The notes under the pieces are model-generated. The model was not told where the DNA came from, made no database searches, and saw only the letters and a program-made list of their open reading frames with translations. A DNA stretch of 18,180 nucleotides, taken from contig JBDZWC010000055.1 in assembly GCA_040256005.1 (NCBI GenBank), forward strand, positions 1 to 18,180, given 5' to 3'. The DNA comes from Deinococcaceae bacterium. Its GTDB lineage: Bacteria > Deinococcota > Deinococci > Deinococcales > Trueperaceae. Both the position numbers and the translations under genes were made by a program. Below are positions 16,479-18,180 of the stretch, in pieces. Numbering within the stretch: the first letter of the stretch is position 1; every line of letters starts with the position of its first letter.

Positions 16479-17548
16479 ACGGGGCCTCCCCGGTGAGGGT
16501 GGCGATCGTGGGCTGCGGCAACATCGCGGGGCCGTACGCGGCGTCGCTCGTCACCTACCCCGAGACGCTCCTGGTCGGCGTGGCTGACCTGGACCTGACG
16601 CGCGCCGCTGCGCTGGCCGCCCACCACGGCTGCCTCGCTTACCCCGACGTCCCCACCCTGCTCTCGGACCCTGCGGTCGACGTCGTCGTGAACCTGAGCG
16701 TTCACACGGCCCACTACGCGGTGACGAAGGCGGCCCTGGAGGCCGGCAAGCACGTCTACAGCGAGAAGCCCCTGGCCCTGACCTCTGAGCAGGCGCACGA
16801 GCTCGTGCGCCTGGCCGAGCGACGTGGTCTGCGCCTGAGCTGCTCGCCGTTCACGTTCCTAGGCGAGGCGCAACTCGCCGCCTGGCGGGTGACGGAGGAA
16901 GGCATGCTGGGCCGCGTGAGGCTCGCCTACGCCGAGGTCAACTGGGGCCGGATCGAGAGCTGGCACCCGGCTCCGCAGGCCTTCTACGAGGTGGGCGCTC
17001 TGTTCGACGTGGGCGTCTATCCGCTCACCCTCTTGACGGCCATGTTCGGACCGGCGCGACACGTGCAGGCGTACGGCCGGGTCCTCAAGCCTGAGCGCAC
17101 GACCAAGCGCGGCGAGGCTTTCACCGTCACGACCCCCGACTTCGTCACGGCCGCCGTCGAGCTGGAAGCCGGCGTGCTGGTGAGGCTGACGACGAACTTC
17201 TACGTAGACCAGCGCGCCAGTCAGCAGGGGATCGAGCTGCACGGGGACAGCGGTTCCCTCCACCTGTCGAGCTGGCAGGAGCCGAACGCGACGGTCAGGG
17301 TGGCGAGGTTCGGCGAGGGTTACGAGCCGCTGGGAGACCACACCACGGCCAAGATGCGCTGGGGGGACGGCGTGCTGGAGCTGGCGCGGGCGTTGGCCGA
17401 GGACCGGCCGGCCCTGGTGACCGGCGAGCATGCCGCCCACGTGGTGGACATCCTTGTGGCGATAAGCGAGTCTGTGGCAGACGGCCAGCCGAAAACCGTC
17501 TCGTCAGGTTTCACCCGGCCGCGACGACCCGAAGGGGCGACCGCGTGA
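16475..17548 (+). CDS. Gfo/Idh/MocA-family oxidoreductase (second paralogue)
   Basis: VAIVGCGNIA, AGKHVYSEKP, CSPFTFLG, WHPAP, GALFDVGVY. GTGA overlap start. Confidence 0.92.
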   Translation: MNGASPVRVAIVGCGNIAGPYAASLVTYPETLLVGVADLDLTRAAALAAHHGCLAYPDVPTLLSDPAVDVVVNLSVHTAHYAVTKAALEAGKHVYSEKPLALTSEQAHELVRLAERRGLRLSCSPFTFLGEAQLAAWRVTEEGMLGRVRLAYAEVNWGRIESWHPAPQAFYEVGALFDVGVYPLTLLTAMFGPARHVQAYGRVLKPERTTKRGEAFTVTTPDFVTAAVELEAGVLVRLTTNFYVDQRASQQGIELHGDSGSLHLSSWQEPNATVRVARFGEGYEPLGDHTTAKMRWGDGVLELARALAEDRPALVTGEHAAHVVDILVAISESVADGQPKTVSSGFTRPRRPEGATA

Positions 17549-18180
17549 CCGAGCCGAGCCCGAGGCGGGAAGCACCCCGCGGTCGCATGCACATGGTCGG
17601 CAACGCCCATATCGACCCGGTCTGGCTGTGGGGCTGGACCGAGGGGTTCCACGAGGTCATCGCCAGTTTCAGGAGCGCCCTAGACCGTCTGGACGAGTCC
17701 GAAGACTTCCTGTTCGTCTCCAGTTCGGCCGTGTTCTACGCCTGGGTGGAGCGACACGACCCAGCCACCTTCGAGCGCATACGTCGGCGTGTCGCCGAAG
17801 GCCGCTGGGAGATCGTGGGCGGCTGGTGGCTGCAGCCGGACTGCAACATCCCCAGCGGCGAGTCGTTCGTCAGGCAGGCGCTCTACGGTCAGCGCTACTT
17901 CCTCGACAGGTTCGGCGTCACCGCCAAGGTGGGCTACAACGTCGACTCGTTCGGGCACGCTGCGACACTGCCCCAACTGCTCAAGAAGGCGGGCCTCGAT
18001 CACTACGTGTTCATGCGCCCGGGCCCACATGAGCTGGGCCTGCCGAGCCGGCTCTTCTGGTGGGAGGGGCCAGACGGCTCCAGGGTGCTCACGTTCCGCA
18101 TCCCGTTCGAGTACTGCACCTGGGGCAAGGAGCTCGACAAGCACGTGACGCGCTGCGCGGGCGAGATCCGAGACCCCGTG
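17545..18180 (+). CDS. GH38 alpha-mannosidase, 5' part (runs off window)
   Basis: Manual translation from GTG 17545 is open to the window end. It contains MHMVGNAHIDPVWLW (Zn-binding H-x-D), WEIVGGWWLQPDCNIPSGESFVRQ, GYNVDSFGH (nucleophile Asp) and FWWEGPDGSRVL. Confidence 0.93.
   Translation, partial: MTEPSPRREAPRGRMHMVGNAHIDPVWLWGWTEGFHEVIASFRSALDRLDESEDFLFVSSSAVFYAWVERHDPATFERIRRRVAEGRWEIVGGWWLQPDCNIPSGESFVRQALYGQRYFLDRFGVTAKVGYNVDSFGHAATLPQLLKKAGLDHYVFMRPGPHELGLPSRLFWWEGPDGSRVLTFRIPFEYCTWGKELDKHVTRCAGEIRDPV

Noticed and set aside
1992..16770. 35-nt near-perfect inverted repeat (1992-2026 vs 16736-16770, one mismatch) bracketing the locus like an invertible segment
   Set aside because: Both copies encode the conserved LEAGKHVYSEK(P) motif of the Gfo paralogues under strong GC codon bias, and no recombinase is present.
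230..18148. Many long antisense or alternate-frame ORFs (e.g. 9706-11247, 13720-15255, 11519-12865, 4510-5796, 7147-8334)
   Set aside because: These are shadow ORFs typical of high-GC DNA. They overlap motif-supported genes and have no recognisable domains.

Overview
High-GC bacterial DNA carrying a tRNA-Val(TAC) gene and a large carbohydrate uptake and catabolism locus. The SBP signal-peptide style and frequent AGG codons hint weakly at Deinococcota/Trueperaceae; this is not established. A divergent promoter region (~2375-2525) drives a leftward pair, a Gfo/Idh/MocA oxidoreductase and a PfkB kinase resembling sulfofructose kinase YihV. It also drives a long rightward operon: DeoR/GlpR regulator, CUT1 ABC SBP plus two permeases, clan-D (GH36/31/27-like) hydrolase, single-Cys racemase-fold protein, class II aldolase, cytoplasmic GH84 O-GlcNAcase-like enzyme, ROK kinase, GH100-like (alpha/alpha)6 hydrolase, tandem double-MBL-fold protein, AP-endonuclease-2-fold sugar isomerase/lyase, a second Gfo/Idh/MocA, and a GH38 alpha-mannosidase. 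The GH38 gene runs off the window and is absent from the ORF track. The last ten genes are joined by overlapping stop/start codons. I do not recognise the combination as a characterised pathway. It looks like an import-then-dismantle system for a complex, possibly sulfonated or otherwise modified, GlcNAc/Man-containing glycan. No mobile elements or CRISPR arrays were seen. Comparisons with named proteins are from memory, not database searches.
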